IMG/VR virus record: IMGVR_UViG_3300037067_026010
Location: 128,001 to 192,000 of that record
Origin: a virus
Lineage: Duplodnaviria > Caudoviricetes
Strand: one strand, 5' to 3'
DNA length: 64,000 nucleotides
The notes beneath the pieces are model-generated. The model had not been told where the DNA came from. It was given only the letters and a program-made list of their open reading frames with translations, and did not search any database. Below, one piece after another: positions 27,528 through 38,470 of the stretch. A program made the translations under genes and the position numbers. The stretch's first letter is position 1. Each line of letters starts with the position of its first letter.

Positions 27528-28005
27528 GGCATGTATCTCGCAGGGGTGATCGCACCTCCATCAGGCGCACTCGCTCTTGCAACCAGTCCTCCAGCGTATC
27601 CGGCGGCATGTCGCGCAAAGCCCGCAGGAATTTGTTGCGCCTGGCTTTGTCTTTAAAAACGAGCCTGGCGCTTGGAAACACTGCTCCGGCATTGTTTCCT
27701 TCATTATCCACGTCGACGAGCGTCCAACGCCGATCGTCGCATACGCCGCAATACCTGAGCAGGCCGCTCTGGTCGTACACCAGCAGCGCTTGGCAATCCT
27801 CCAGTTTCGCGGCATCTCCAAAAATATGCGTAAGCCCGCACGGCAATGCCAGCGTTTGCCAGGTTTTCGCAGACAGCCGCCGGAAACGGCAGTGCTTATA
27901 TACCCCCGGACGAGCCTCCGCGAATTCGAGCTCGCATTCGAGCACCTGCACCGTCGGATCGATGACCGGCGGATAATCATAAAAAATGATGTGTGCCAAC
28001 GTCAT
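27520..28005 (-). CDS. Hypothetical protein
   Basis: 161 aa. Confidence 0.7.
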   Translation of the reverse strand: MTLAHIIFYDYPPVIDPTVQVLECELEFAEARPGVYKHCRFRRLSAKTWQTLALPCGLTHIFGDAAKLEDCQALLVYDQSGLLRYCGVCDDRRWTLVDVDNEGNNAGAVFPSARLVFKDKARRNKFLRALRDMPPDTLEDWLQERVRLMEVRSPLRDTCHE

Positions 28006-28012
28006 TATCCTT

Positions 28013-28906
28013 TTAAACGGGATCGGCGGAAGGCATGCGAATACTCCGAGTATGCCGGCGTCCCGCGCCGGTCGCAGCTGCCTCGGCCTCTCGCCGTTGC
28101 AGCGTCGCCTCGTAACAGCTCGACGCGTGCGTGATCAGCTCGTCCAGCCGCCGCATATTTTCCGTGGCCTCATCGCGCATGCCCTCCATAGCAGCCCGCG
28201 CCACGCGCAGGTCTTCGATCATTTCCGGCGTCCACGTCTCGGGCGGCGCCGACATAATATCGTGGAACGCATTGATCTCCGTGCCATTCCAGGCTTGCCG
28301 CTGTTTTGCCAGCCACTTTTCGGTGTCGTCCCGAATTTGCCGTATTTTGCTCGGTACGGTGGGTGGTAATTTGAATGTGGGGCCATGCGGGGAAGTCACC
28401 GCCGGTCCGTAATGTTCCTTGATGCGCCGATGCAGCTCCGGCGGTGCCCATAATCCGCGAACCGCGCGTTTGGCCCACATACGCCGTTTGTCCGGCGTTT
28501 TGAGAATCAGCAGATAAGAGACGTGCCCCCAGTGCAACTGAAAGCCGGTCTTGTCGCAATGCAACTCCAGGAGTTCTTGCAGGGCTTCTTTCGTGTAGGC
28601 CTGCGTAAATGACGCCGCTTTACGCAACTGCCGCGCGTGTATTGCCAAGGCCTGCTCCAACAGCCGCATGGCACTTTCGCCGTATTTGTCGGGGTCATCC
28701 TGCACTTCCGTGCACAGCTTGCCTAGGTCGTAGTAAAACCGCAGCGTCGTTTGCCGCCCTTCGTCCAATTGCCGCTGGATGATGTTGAACTTCTTGCGAA
28801 GCTCCTTGTTCATCATCTGCAGCGCCTCCTCGCGGGCTTGCACGATTTGCGCGGCATCCAAGGTGGCGCGGCGCTGCGCCTGCGCAGCGGGCGATATACG
28901 TACCAT
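28013..28906 (-). CDS. Hypothetical protein (helical; weakly DUF1016 N-terminal-like)
   Basis: 297 aa; YYDLGK...KYGE, LHWGHVSYLL; C-terminal RSIRM. Confidence 0.75.
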   Translation of the reverse strand: MVRISPAAQAQRRATLDAAQIVQAREEALQMMNKELRKKFNIIQRQLDEGRQTTLRFYYDLGKLCTEVQDDPDKYGESAMRLLEQALAIHARQLRKAASFTQAYTKEALQELLELHCDKTGFQLHWGHVSYLLILKTPDKRRMWAKRAVRGLWAPPELHRRIKEHYGPAVTSPHGPTFKLPPTVPSKIRQIRDDTEKWLAKQRQAWNGTEINAFHDIMSAPPETWTPEMIEDLRVARAAMEGMRDEATENMRRLDELITHASSCYEATLQRREAEAAATGAGRRHTRSIRMPSADPV

Positions 28907-28918
28907 GATCTTCGTTCC

Positions 28919-30049
28919 TTATGAAAAACGGTCTTGTAATAAAAGTGAAAACGCGGCCTGCTCCGTGTGAACACGCCGTCTGGGGTCGAGTTTCCTTGCC
29001 AAGCGCACAAGGACGGCATACAAATCGAGCTGCGTTCGCATTCCCCAAACGGACTCGGGACGTTGCAATCGTTGCTCGGAGGCGTCCGCGCGGCTGCCCA
29101 GAAACAGCGTATGCTCCACGGCGTCTCGCGCAATACTCGCCTGCACGCCCAAATGCACCAGCATTCGCACCAAGCATGCCATCCTGGCCTTGCGTTCCAC
29201 ATCCCCCAACCCCGCAAAGCCCAATGGCGTCGACGCCAAACGGTCGGCGCCTTGCTGCAATTGCGTCACGGTAGGATTTTTACCGAGCATCCTGCTTATC
29301 ATGCCGCGAAGCCGAGGTCCGAACGAGTTGCCGGTGTGGTTAAGGCGCCATCCGGCGCGTTTATAGCTGTCCAAGCTCACGCCGTGTCTGCAGTAAAGCG
29401 CGGCGGTGCCGTGCACGGCTGTACCGCATGCTTCGCCGTTTCCGAAATAGTAGCCGAGGTAAAATGGCCAGGCGTCCGCTTGCTGCAACCGGAAACACGG
29501 CTCATGGCTACGATACCATACGGCCATACGGCGACCCAGGATGGCCGCAGCGTAGAATTGCATATCCGACCTGGTTTCGGCAATAATTTGCTCCAGAATC
29601 TCAAAATATGCGCAGTTGTCCAGAAATCGCTGCTGTGCCCCGACGAGCCCTTCAATAAGCTTGTCGTCGTGGTTCAACAACAGCCGGTACGGCGCCACAA
29701 GCGCATAGCGCAGCCGCAATACGTCTTTAAACATCTGCACGGCCGTCGGGCCATCGCAACTGCGTTCCTGCTCGCGTTGACGTCGGGTGTAGCCGGCAAT
29801 GTCTGTCAGCGTACGTCCGAGACCATTGCTCAACACGTTCGTCAACTGCAGAAATGCCGTACGCGTGTACCGGTAGCCGGCTGCCGTCTCCCCCGAGCTC
29901 CTTAACTCCAGCTGGTACGGCGAACTTATGGTCGCAATATCACTAACGCGCACGAGCCGCCGCAGCCGCTCCAGCAGCAATTCCCGCTGCGTACGGTCAA
30001 ATACGTAGCTGGAGGGGCGCACGAACAGCGTTGACAGCGCATCAGTCAT
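28919..30049 (-). CDS. DUF932-like protein
   Basis: TAFLQL, GLVGAQQRFLDN, GYYFGNGEACG pattern. Confidence 0.55.
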   Translation of the reverse strand: MTDALSTLFVRPSSYVFDRTQRELLLERLRRLVRVSDIATISSPYQLELRSSGETAAGYRYTRTAFLQLTNVLSNGLGRTLTDIAGYTRRQREQERSCDGPTAVQMFKDVLRLRYALVAPYRLLLNHDDKLIEGLVGAQQRFLDNCAYFEILEQIIAETRSDMQFYAAAILGRRMAVWYRSHEPCFRLQQADAWPFYLGYYFGNGEACGTAVHGTAALYCRHGVSLDSYKRAGWRLNHTGNSFGPRLRGMISRMLGKNPTVTQLQQGADRLASTPLGFAGLGDVERKARMACLVRMLVHLGVQASIARDAVEHTLFLGSRADASEQRLQRPESVWGMRTQLDLYAVLVRLARKLDPRRRVHTEQAAFSLLLQDRFS

Positions 30050-30062
30050 AAGTGTTCTGCCG

Positions 30063-30632
30063 TTACAATTCAGCCCAGTCCGTACCAATGCTAAAAAGGA
30101 ATTCTTTTAGCGGGTCAATAACGTAAACCACCGGCGGATTGCCGTAAGGTCGAACGATACGCGTGTTGCGTTCGTACCGTAACGAAGGGTCCGGTACTTC
30201 CGCCACCTCGATCGGATAGTTATGCAGCACCATCGTACCCGCCGTGGGGATATGCGGCCATGCGAACACCAGGCCGATGCGCTCGTCCGCGTCACTCGCG
30301 TCCATGTCCACCTGTAGGTCCACATAGGCCCGCATCATCGGCGTTTTCATAAAGCCTGGGCCGAACAACTCGCCCAGCTGCACTTTGTGTATATTCGCCA
30401 ACTTGCGGGCACCAAGACGCACCGGGAAGCGCGGAAAACGCTGATTGAACCAGGGTAGGGTCAATTTAGCCCCGCGCTGAACTTCCGACGATTCTTGCCG
30501 CAATCGCCCAATCTGCGCGCCCAGGCCGCCGGTACGCAACAGCTGCGCCACCACGGCATCCTCGAAGGTGTCCTGCCGCTGCGTCTCGCGTTGGCTCCAT
30601 TGCTCCTGCGTATCACCAAATAAACCGCCCAT
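30063..30632 (-). CDS. Hypothetical protein
   Basis: 189 aa. Confidence 0.8.
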   Translation of the reverse strand: MGGLFGDTQEQWSQRETQRQDTFEDAVVAQLLRTGGLGAQIGRLRQESSEVQRGAKLTLPWFNQRFPRFPVRLGARKLANIHKVQLGELFGPGFMKTPMMRAYVDLQVDMDASDADERIGLVFAWPHIPTAGTMVLHNYPIEVAEVPDPSLRYERNTRIVRPYGNPPVVYVIDPLKEFLFSIGTDWAEL

Positions 30633-30655
30633 GAACTTTTCCGATGTTTAATTGT

Positions 30656-32080
30656 TTATGGCACAACATCTTCAGGATCGACGTCCTGCTCCGCCGGTCC
30701 TGCTACATCCGGCACTTCGGGAACTTCACATTCGTCGGTGCCGGTCGGTTGCAACTGCGGCATATTTTCTACACGCTCGTACAGATCAACGCCGGCTGTG
30801 CCTTCGGAAACCACCGCCTCGGCCAATAGCCGCCGGAAGTCCATGCCGGGCTGAAACGGAATACGCGGGGTTATACCGAGCAGCGGGTACATCGCCTGCA
30901 ACAGGTCGGGCCGCTGCTCCAGTTTGCTGCCCAGCACGCGAAATTCCTGCGGGTCGCTCTCTGGTACCCCTAGCGCCCGGCTCCAGCCTGTGCGATTACC
31001 CTTGTTTGCCACGCGAATATCGCAAACGTCCATCAAGTGATTATAGATCGTTCGCTTACCCTTCATATTTTCAAATGACAATAGCAGCTCAATCGATGCC
31101 GTATCCCAGTCCCAGGCCGTCTGTTGTCTGAAGCCCTGACGACCCTCCGCGTCCTGATACTCCGTTAACCACCACAGCAATTCTGCGGTTATGCGCTTCC
31201 GCGACGGACCTAAGCTATTCTTGCGCAGGATAATGCTCAAACGCAGGCCGCCATACTCCAACCGATCGATGTCACAGCCGGGCGCTTTGTGCATCTCTAC
31301 CTCGAATACTTCCATGAATTTTACCGATTTCCCGCCACCGATATTGTTTACCGGCCGGCCCATATAATCGGTAGACGGCTTCAAGTGATTCGTACCGAGC
31401 ACGGAAAACGGGTAAGTTTTGATGGCATTCGGCATTGTTCTCATATACTGCGATATCAGCAAAGCGGCCAGCGCGAAGTCCCGCGAAGCATGCCCGGCTT
31501 CGAGGATCTTCTCCAACTGTGCCCTGGGCGCCGTACCCATGATCGAATCGATGCCGAAAGCAATAGGAATAGTCCGGCCTGGCCCGTCCGGGGAATCCTG
31601 ATACCGAGCTGCAATCTGCGTAAACGCCGTTAGGGCGTCCATCCAATCCTCCAACGTGTGCGTATAGACAACTTCTACACGGTTTAACCAGGACTGGTTC
31701 CAGCCCAGAAGGGAGCCGCGCAGCTCGGGGGCATCCTTCCCTTCGTTTTCGACAAATACCGCGCCGCCACCGTAGACGAGGTGCCATCGGAAAACTTCAT
31801 TCATGAAAGCCGTTTTGCAACAGCCCTCCTCCCCAGTGATCTGCGCGATCGTGCCCAGCGGATACATCGTAGATTGAAATAAATAACGTAATGCCAATGC
31901 CGGCAGCGGCAAGCCGACGCGCGGGCCGCTCGCCGAAGCCACGCTTACCGACAAACCCGTAGCGCGTTTTCCCTCGTCGCTCATGGCGAGAAACATCCCA
32001 TTAAGCTGTGTCTCGCGGTTTGCACCCTGCCATAATTGCTGGCGCCGCGCCAGTTCCGCCCGTGTTGCTGCCTTGGCCAT
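30656..32080 (-). CDS. recA: RecA/UvsX-like recombinase
   Basis: ITGEEGCCKT (Walker A), IDSI (Walker B), NHLK, GGGKSVKF. Confidence 0.85.
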   Translation of the reverse strand: MAKAATRAELARRQQLWQGANRETQLNGMFLAMSDEGKRATGLSVSVASASGPRVGLPLPALALRYLFQSTMYPLGTIAQITGEEGCCKTAFMNEVFRWHLVYGGGAVFVENEGKDAPELRGSLLGWNQSWLNRVEVVYTHTLEDWMDALTAFTQIAARYQDSPDGPGRTIPIAFGIDSIMGTAPRAQLEKILEAGHASRDFALAALLISQYMRTMPNAIKTYPFSVLGTNHLKPSTDYMGRPVNNIGGGKSVKFMEVFEVEMHKAPGCDIDRLEYGGLRLSIILRKNSLGPSRKRITAELLWWLTEYQDAEGRQGFRQQTAWDWDTASIELLLSFENMKGKRTIYNHLMDVCDIRVANKGNRTGWSRALGVPESDPQEFRVLGSKLEQRPDLLQAMYPLLGITPRIPFQPGMDFRRLLAEAVVSEGTAGVDLYERVENMPQLQPTGTDECEVPEVPDVAGPAEQDVDPEDVVP

Positions 32081-32113
32081 CTGACGTACCTTTCCTTCAA
32101 AAATAATTATCCA

Positions 32114-32166
32114 AAAACACGGCAGGGCCGGTTCGGTGCTTAACTACCGAACCGGCTACCTGCCGT
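32114..32166 (-). terminator. Long hairpin terminator containing 16-bp motif copy 5 (32134-32149)
   Basis: ACGGCAGG/GCCGGTTCGGT arms paired with ACCGAACCGGC/CCTGCCGT, then GTTTTT. Confidence 0.75.
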
Positions 32167-32172
32167 AAAAAC

Positions 32173-33995
32173 CTATCGCCCAGCCGCGCGTTGTGCGGCT
32201 AACAGAGCCGCTTGCGCTCGCGTAAGCCCGCCGCTCGAAGCCGCCGCAGGCACACCAACCGCTTCCGTGGGCGGCAAGGCCGCCGCGCCTTGGCTAATGC
32301 CGGCAGTAGGCGGTGTTGGCGTCATCGGCATCGCGGGTGAGTTTGGCACCGCTGCTGACGGCACCAACCCTGCGGGCGCGACTTCTGCTGCCGGTACGTA
32401 TGGCGCCGTTGCCAAGCCTGCAGTGGGCGCAGCTGGCGGCACGTATGGCACCGTTGCAGGCCCTGTTGTGGGCGCTATCGGGAAATCCCCGGTCGGCAGG
32501 CCAGCTACCACAGCGGGTTGCACGGGCGCTGCAACATCAGCCTGCGGCACGCCCCAGCCCATCGCCTGGGGAGGTGCAACTGGGGGTGGCGGCATTATCG
32601 GAGCAGCTGCTGGTTGCGACTGCTGCACAGGCCAGGACGCCGCCGCGGGTACGGCCGTTTGAGGCTGCTGTCCCACCGTGCCCGGCACTGGAACTTGACT
32701 TGGCACTGGTGCCTGCACAATAGCCGGTGCCGGCATAGGTGCAGCTACTGTCCCTACCGCGGGTTGTTGCGCCGCACCGGCAATCGGTGCTCCGAACAAA
32801 CCTGCCGGCGGTGCCACCGCAGCAGGCGCTGCCTCCACGCCCCACCCGGACATCTGCGGCATCGTTGCGGCATAAGGCGATGCCCCAGGGCCGCCCGACA
32901 CAGGCGGAACCACCGCGGCAGGGCCGCTTACCGCGCCCACAGCCTGGCGCCGCACGCTGTCGGGAATCCACTCAGGATGATCCCGCCAAGCATATGCAAT
33001 CACGTCCGGCGGAAATTTATCCGCCAAGATTGCAGCCTGCTCCGCGATGCTCGGAAAATGCAAGATATCGTCCCAAGGACGGACCAAGCGACGGATATTA
33101 TCGTGCTGCTCTGCAGGAATTATCGCGGGCATATTCAAAAACGTGTCCTCCAAGAAGCAACCGTAACCAATCGGTGCTGCTTGGCTCGCTTGCCCCATTG
33201 CCATCTGCGACGCGGGTGCCTGCCAACCGCTGCCGGACAACCCCTGGTTGCCAGCACGTTGCGTTCGCGGATCACCGTCCGCTAAAGCGTAAAAAGTAAC
33301 GAATTTCCCGATGCTCAAATCGATAGGATCACCCACCTCCATAACCTCGTGCCAATCACCATTTCCGTAGGGGCAGTTGACGCGGTATCGGTTCAATTCG
33401 TTCAGTAACGCCAAGCCAGCAGACGGGCCCAGCATCAAAACGATCGGTCGCGGGTTCGGTGCATCCAGCGGCTTGGGCGGCATATAGCTCCGCGCCTTGT
33501 GGTGCAATACCACCACCTGCATTAAGTACACCTCGCTCGGGTTCGGCAATTGCGCTCGGCGATTCCGTCCACCGGTCAGCAGAGCCGCCCACCCCGGCGG
33601 TCCTGCCCGCGCTCCACTGCGCGGCTTATGCTTTCGCGCAACAGCCACGCCGGCGTAATACGCGGATCCAGCAACACAGGGTCGGACGGGTCTCCTACGA
33701 TAAAGGTAGCACCGGGATCACCCATATTACGTACCGCGGGGTAACGCCGAATCCAGTCGCCAAACGCGTTAGGTTCCGCGCTGAGCCGGTACGTATCCCA
33801 TTGAGTTGCGTCATCGGGATTCAACTGTGGCAGTATTCGCACGACCGTATATCCGTCGCCATAACACGGCGACCACAAGTCCGCCATGTTATTGCGAATC
33901 AGAAAATTGCCCTGGTTCGTTGCCCGCTCGGGGTTCCCATACTGCTCAAAGGTATAACGGCGCCCGTGCGCCCGCATCGAAGGATCTCGTGGCAT
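32173..33995 (-). CDS. Putative ssDNA-binding protein split by a 1-nt frameshift near 33598
   Basis: ORF 33576..33995 (TVVRILP, T4 gp32-like) continues in another frame as PGWAALL... into a long P/A-rich tail; sits between pol and recA. Confidence 0.55.
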
Positions 33996-34088
33996 AAAAG
34001 GTCTCCAGTGAAATTGAAACGGCATGCAGCCGTTGATTCAAAAACGGTGTTTTTTATTGTACTGCCGAGCACACGATCCGCTAGCCCG

Positions 34089-37000
34089 CTAGACCAGCGC
34101 CGGATCGATTCCGTGCAGCGCGCACTGCTCAGGCGTAATCTTTTCGCCCCAATTGAGGGCAACTTCCACATCAATACCGAAATGGTAGGGCTGCGCCATC
34201 TCCATAGGTGTACCATCCGGGTGCCGTGGCCATATCGGCACGCGACTACACATGCATTCCCGCAAAATACTGGGTTGCAGTATCGTACCGTCTTCGCTGC
34301 GCACATCCTTGGCAAATGCAGCCAATTCGGAAACGGGAACCTCGAACAGCAACGCATCGTGAATCTGCAACAGCATGCGGTAATGGCATTCCGGGTGCTC
34401 CGCCCGATACTGTCGCAAATTTTGGATGGATATGTTAATCGCGTCAGCTACGCCGCCCTGAATCGTACAGTTCTGGGCCTGCCTCTGTTGCTCGCCTATG
34501 ACCTTTTCGTCACGGCTGGCGATAAAACGACGACGACGTCCGCACCAATTCATCAACCACTGGAACGGCGGCTGCGATCGTATACGGCAGGTTTCCAAAA
34601 AGCCTGCCACGTAAGGGTACTGCGCGAAGTATGCGTCAATCAGGCGCTGCGTATCTTCCGACGTCACATCTACGCCTTCTTCTTTGCATTGCCGGGCAAT
34701 TGCTAAAGCCGCGCGACCGTACGGCACCCCGAAATTCACATTTTTTGCCGCAATTCTAAGTGGCGTATAGCCGCCGCGTTTTAGTGCACTTTTTGTGGGA
34801 GTGCAATCAAGGTGAAAAGCCGTCACTGCTTGTCGCGAGTGAATATCGTAATGATCTGGATGACTCTCCGGCAGCTCATTGCGGCGAACATGGTCGATCA
34901 TATTGGGGTCACCGGATGCCCAGGCAATCATAGCCAGCTCCGCACCGATGTAGTCCGCCTCCACCAGCACATAATCGTCGGTCGCGCAAAAAATCGACCG
35001 AATCGGGTGCTCGTAAAGCGGCCTAGGAAAAACGTGCTGGTAATCCCCGCGGTATCGCGTCGCCTCATTGTCCTCCCACGTTCCCATAATCCGTGCATAG
35101 TCGCTTTCGCGCCTTTTGGCTAACGCCTGCAAATTCGGATCCCAACTGGCCGCCCGGCCGGTTTCCTTCGTCTGCGACAAATGCGTATGCACGCGCCCGT
35201 CCGACGAAATGCAGGTGGCCAGCCCTTCGCTGTACTCCTGATGCCCTTCGTCGTCCACGACCAGGCTGCCATCCTCGTTTTCCTCCGGATCGCGCAATAC
35301 GCCACTGACAGCCTGTGCGATGAACTTTAAATCGCGCAGCTGCATGGCTAGCCTATGCTGGTGTCCCAAAATACCCAACACCTCTTTGTCCGTGGATGGC
35401 GTATAACTGCTCGTGGATTCGCCGCGTGCAAGGATTTCCGCCCACATCTTGCTGCGCTTACCCGTCGTTTTGATGGGGGCCAGATCGAGCGTAACGGCAC
35501 CCTCGGGTACGATGGACACAGGCTGCCCGTCTTTCGACAGTTTAAACCGCCACTCGCTACCGAACAGAAAAGCCCGGCACTGCGGATGCGATCGCGGATT
35601 GAAGGACGGCCAGCGTATAGCGTCGCGGAAGGCTTGTAGAAGGTTCTCGCGCACGAACACGTACAGGTTCGCGAGTTCATCGAGCCGTTTATGGTCGACC
35701 CGGATGCCGTTCATCTCCATTTCCAAGAAGCCCAGACTGGCCCTATGCGCCACCCAGTACGGCTCCCAGGACGGTTGCTTGAACCAATCGCTGTCCAACA
35801 GGCCGCCGGGCTGCATGCAGCGCATGATAATGCGCCTGGTGACATCCGCATCGTAATTGCTGTATGATGGATTTTCATCCCACGGTTCAGGGTGCATTAC
35901 CCAGCTCGGGCAGTTGGACACGAAGCCGACTTTTGTTAAAAAGTTTCCAGCATCTGTCGTTAAACAGTAACGTACTCCGTTACCTTTATGACTCGGTGGC
36001 GGGGGTGCCGCCAGTACCGCGACAACAGGATCGCAAAATAAGCTTGCGGTGTGCTGCACGACGGGTGCAGCAAATACAGGCAACGGTGTTTTGTACGCCA
36101 TGCACGGATGCATATACGGGTTTATAATGGTATGCAATTGCCGAAAAGCTACTTTGGAAAATTGTAAAAAGCCTCCTTTGATTGATCCCTTATAACTAAC
36201 GCCTGCACCGAGCCACTGTGTGAGCCAATGCACAGCCAGTTGCTGCTCCGCTACATCCACAATAGTGCAATAAATGCGCGAATTATAATAATTACATGCT
36301 TTCTTGCCACAGCGCACCAGTGTACCGTCATCCTGGTACCACACGGCCAAACCCAACGGGCCTAAATTTGCCAACAGTTCGTGCGTCAATACCAGCTTTC
36401 TTTTACTGTGCTGTTGCGCTGTATGTCGCGGAAAACGCTGTGCAAGCACGCACAACTGACGGCTCGTAGGCAGCACGTAGCACGCGCAACCCACCATCTG
36501 TCGCAGCTTTGGCGCGTATTCTGCAAAAACAGCAGCTTTCCAAACGGCATAAGCCGCATGGGTGGATGTCTGCCCAAATCCGAAACTCATGCTCTTTCTG
36601 CCTTTTGGTATAAAGCCGCCGTCACCCAAGCCACAAGCTAACAAAACGGACAATTGCTCCTTCGAAAAGGCCGGTTCGTCTGTTATAATGCTATCCTCGC
36701 CAGGTATGAGTGCATCCACGCGTACTTTACCGCGCGGTGTCATCACCTGATGGTCTGGCGTAAACCGCGGTCCATATAAATGACCATGTGCAGCCAACGT
36801 CGATTGTGTCTGTACACGCAACCACTCCGATTGCCCGACGTTATTGGCATGCCAGTCTGTTACCCTACTGGCTACCATGCACCCGTTCACACAGGCACGC
36901 ACCTGCCCGGTATACCGCTGATGGACCAACTTGGCAATTTTAACCCAAGTGCCGTTAGCTAACTGTACCTTGCTATCTTGGTGCAAACACATGCCGTAAC

Positions 37001-38453
37001 CATCGAGCTTCTTCTTGGTAATCTTGTTTTCCTTGCAGTACGCGTCTCGCCAATGCATTAGCGGCTCGTCGTATCGCGGCGCGTTGGTGAGCCGGATCGT
37101 CATATCCGACAAATCGTAAGAGGCGGTCTCGTTCACCGAGTGGTAGGCCAGGCTGGTATCCCAACCGCCTTTGTCGCGCATGTCACCTATGTTCTCCGGA
37201 GGCACGTAGCTGTCGCGCAAGTCAATGCCCTCGTTCAACAGCCACGGCAAGTCGGAGCGGAAGAAGTGCCCTCCTGGCCGCGGCTGCCAGCCGGCTGCAG
37301 CGTCAGGTTGTAGAAGGCAATTCAGGCCTGCCACCGCGTGCGCTATAGAAGGCACGAACGCCGGTTCGCCGCCTTGGTGCCTAAGCACCACCGTATAGGC
37401 CTCGCCCTCCTTGGCACTGAATTGCACCGTGCGCAAATACGACCCTGGCTCGCCAGGTCGGCGTCCGTGCCATTCCGCATCCACCCCGATGATGTTCCGC
37501 AGCGGATCCGAATCTTTCCGGATCTGCTCGACAATCCGCATCAGTTGTCCGTATTTGTATACATTGACGTGCTTGACGTTCTCGCGCGCGCCGATCTCTA
37601 CGCCTTCCGTCAGGCGCATAAACAATCCTAGCTGGTCTTTAAAGGCCTCGAACGCCTCCATACGCCGATATACGTAGGCCGGGTGCATGATCGTCATCAC
37701 CTTGGCCTCGTGATACCGCGGTGCTTCGCCGCGTTCGAAAGTCGGTATACGGTACGGGATCACCCGTCCCGTCATCACTTCCACGCCGTAGGCCGTACCG
37801 AGCAGCCATTTGGAAGCATCGCTGCCCAGACACAGAATATAATCGGGTTGCACTAGGCGCAGCTCCTGGGCAAGTAGGATGGCACAATCCTGCTTCCAAG
37901 CGGTCGGCAAGCCGTCGCCCTGCTTGTCCAGCTGCGGCCACTTCACCAGATTCGTCACATACCATTCCGCGCGCTGGTCCGGGCTAATCCCCAATTGATC
38001 CGCCGCGTCCCACAGACATGCAGAAGTCTCTCCGACAAGGTTTGCCTTCTGCTGTACTTCCTCTCGACCCGGGAATTTCCCGATGAGCATGATGCGTGCC
38101 CGCCGCGGCCCGCCGTTGAAGTCGTCTGCGTTATCGCCGAGCAGATGCCCCGGTACCGTTCGCGCCTGCACCATACGACCTTTGACATTGACCGGCAACT
38201 CGAATTCGTCGTCGTACAGCGCCCTGCGGTAAAGATACTGCAAGCGCGGTCCTGCGCTGCTGCACCAGCGGCTGCTTCCGCGGCCTTCGAATATCGGCGG
38301 CGGGTCGCCTGCGGCACACGCCGCCGTTATGAAGTCGCTGCCGGGCAGCGGCATACCGGGTGCGTTCAACGGGTAAAACGGGAATTGCCGTTCTAGTTCC
38401 TCGCTGCGCGTACCGGCCAGTATGTGCTGAAATAACGCTCCAAGTTCTCGCAT
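34089..38453 (-). CDS. polA: Family A DNA polymerase with N-terminal UDG-like domain, 3'-5' exonuclease and intein
   Basis: UDG4-like IGKFPG, TNLVK, HPAY; exo VDAE, YSNYD; TGR; motif A ADYIGAE, B KNVNFGVPYG, C QIHD. Confidence 0.95.
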   Translation of the reverse strand: MRELGALFQHILAGTRSEELERQFPFYPLNAPGMPLPGSDFITAACAAGDPPPIFEGRGSSRWCSSAGPRLQYLYRRALYDDEFELPVNVKGRMVQARTVPGHLLGDNADDFNGGPRRARIMLIGKFPGREEVQQKANLVGETSACLWDAADQLGISPDQRAEWYVTNLVKWPQLDKQGDGLPTAWKQDCAILLAQELRLVQPDYILCLGSDASKWLLGTAYGVEVMTGRVIPYRIPTFERGEAPRYHEAKVMTIMHPAYVYRRMEAFEAFKDQLGLFMRLTEGVEIGARENVKHVNVYKYGQLMRIVEQIRKDSDPLRNIIGVDAEWHGRRPGEPGSYLRTVQFSAKEGEAYTVVLRHQGGEPAFVPSIAHAVAGLNCLLQPDAAAGWQPRPGGHFFRSDLPWLLNEGIDLRDSYVPPENIGDMRDKGGWDTSLAYHSVNETASYDLSDMTIRLTNAPRYDEPLMHWRDAYCKENKITKKKLDGYGMCLHQDSKVQLANGTWVKIAKLVHQRYTGQVRACVNGCMVASRVTDWHANNVGQSEWLRVQTQSTLAAHGHLYGPRFTPDHQVMTPRGKVRVDALIPGEDSIITDEPAFSKEQLSVLLACGLGDGGFIPKGRKSMSFGFGQTSTHAAYAVWKAAVFAEYAPKLRQMVGCACYVLPTSRQLCVLAQRFPRHTAQQHSKRKLVLTHELLANLGPLGLAVWYQDDGTLVRCGKKACNYYNSRIYCTIVDVAEQQLAVHWLTQWLGAGVSYKGSIKGGFLQFSKVAFRQLHTIINPYMHPCMAYKTPLPVFAAPVVQHTASLFCDPVVAVLAAPPPPSHKGNGVRYCLTTDAGNFLTKVGFVSNCPSWVMHPEPWDENPSYSNYDADVTRRIIMRCMQPGGLLDSDWFKQPSWEPYWVAHRASLGFLEMEMNGIRVDHKRLDELANLYVFVRENLLQAFRDAIRWPSFNPRSHPQCRAFLFGSEWRFKLSKDGQPVSIVPEGAVTLDLAPIKTTGKRSKMWAEILARGESTSSYTPSTDKEVLGILGHQHRLAMQLRDLKFIAQAVSGVLRDPEENEDGSLVVDDEGHQEYSEGLATCISSDGRVHTHLSQTKETGRAASWDPNLQALAKRRESDYARIMGTWEDNEATRYRGDYQHVFPRPLYEHPIRSIFCATDDYVLVEADYIGAELAMIAWASGDPNMIDHVRRNELPESHPDHYDIHSRQAVTAFHLDCTPTKSALKRGGYTPLRIAAKNVNFGVPYGRAALAIARQCKEEGVDVTSEDTQRLIDAYFAQYPYVAGFLETCRIRSQPPFQWLMNWCGRRRRFIASRDEKVIGEQQRQAQNCTIQGGVADAINISIQNLRQYRAEHPECHYRMLLQIHDALLFEVPVSELAAFAKDVRSEDGTILQPSILRECMCSRVPIWPRHPDGTPMEMAQPYHFGIDVEVALNWGEKITPEQCALHGIDPALV
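35913..36989 (-). mobile_element. Intein (359 aa) with LAGLIDADG homing endonuclease
   Basis: M|CLHQDSKVQLANG, FTPDH, LGDGG, WYQDDG, YCLTT...FVSN|C. Confidence 0.92.
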
Positions 38454-38470
38454 GATTTACCTTCACGCCG

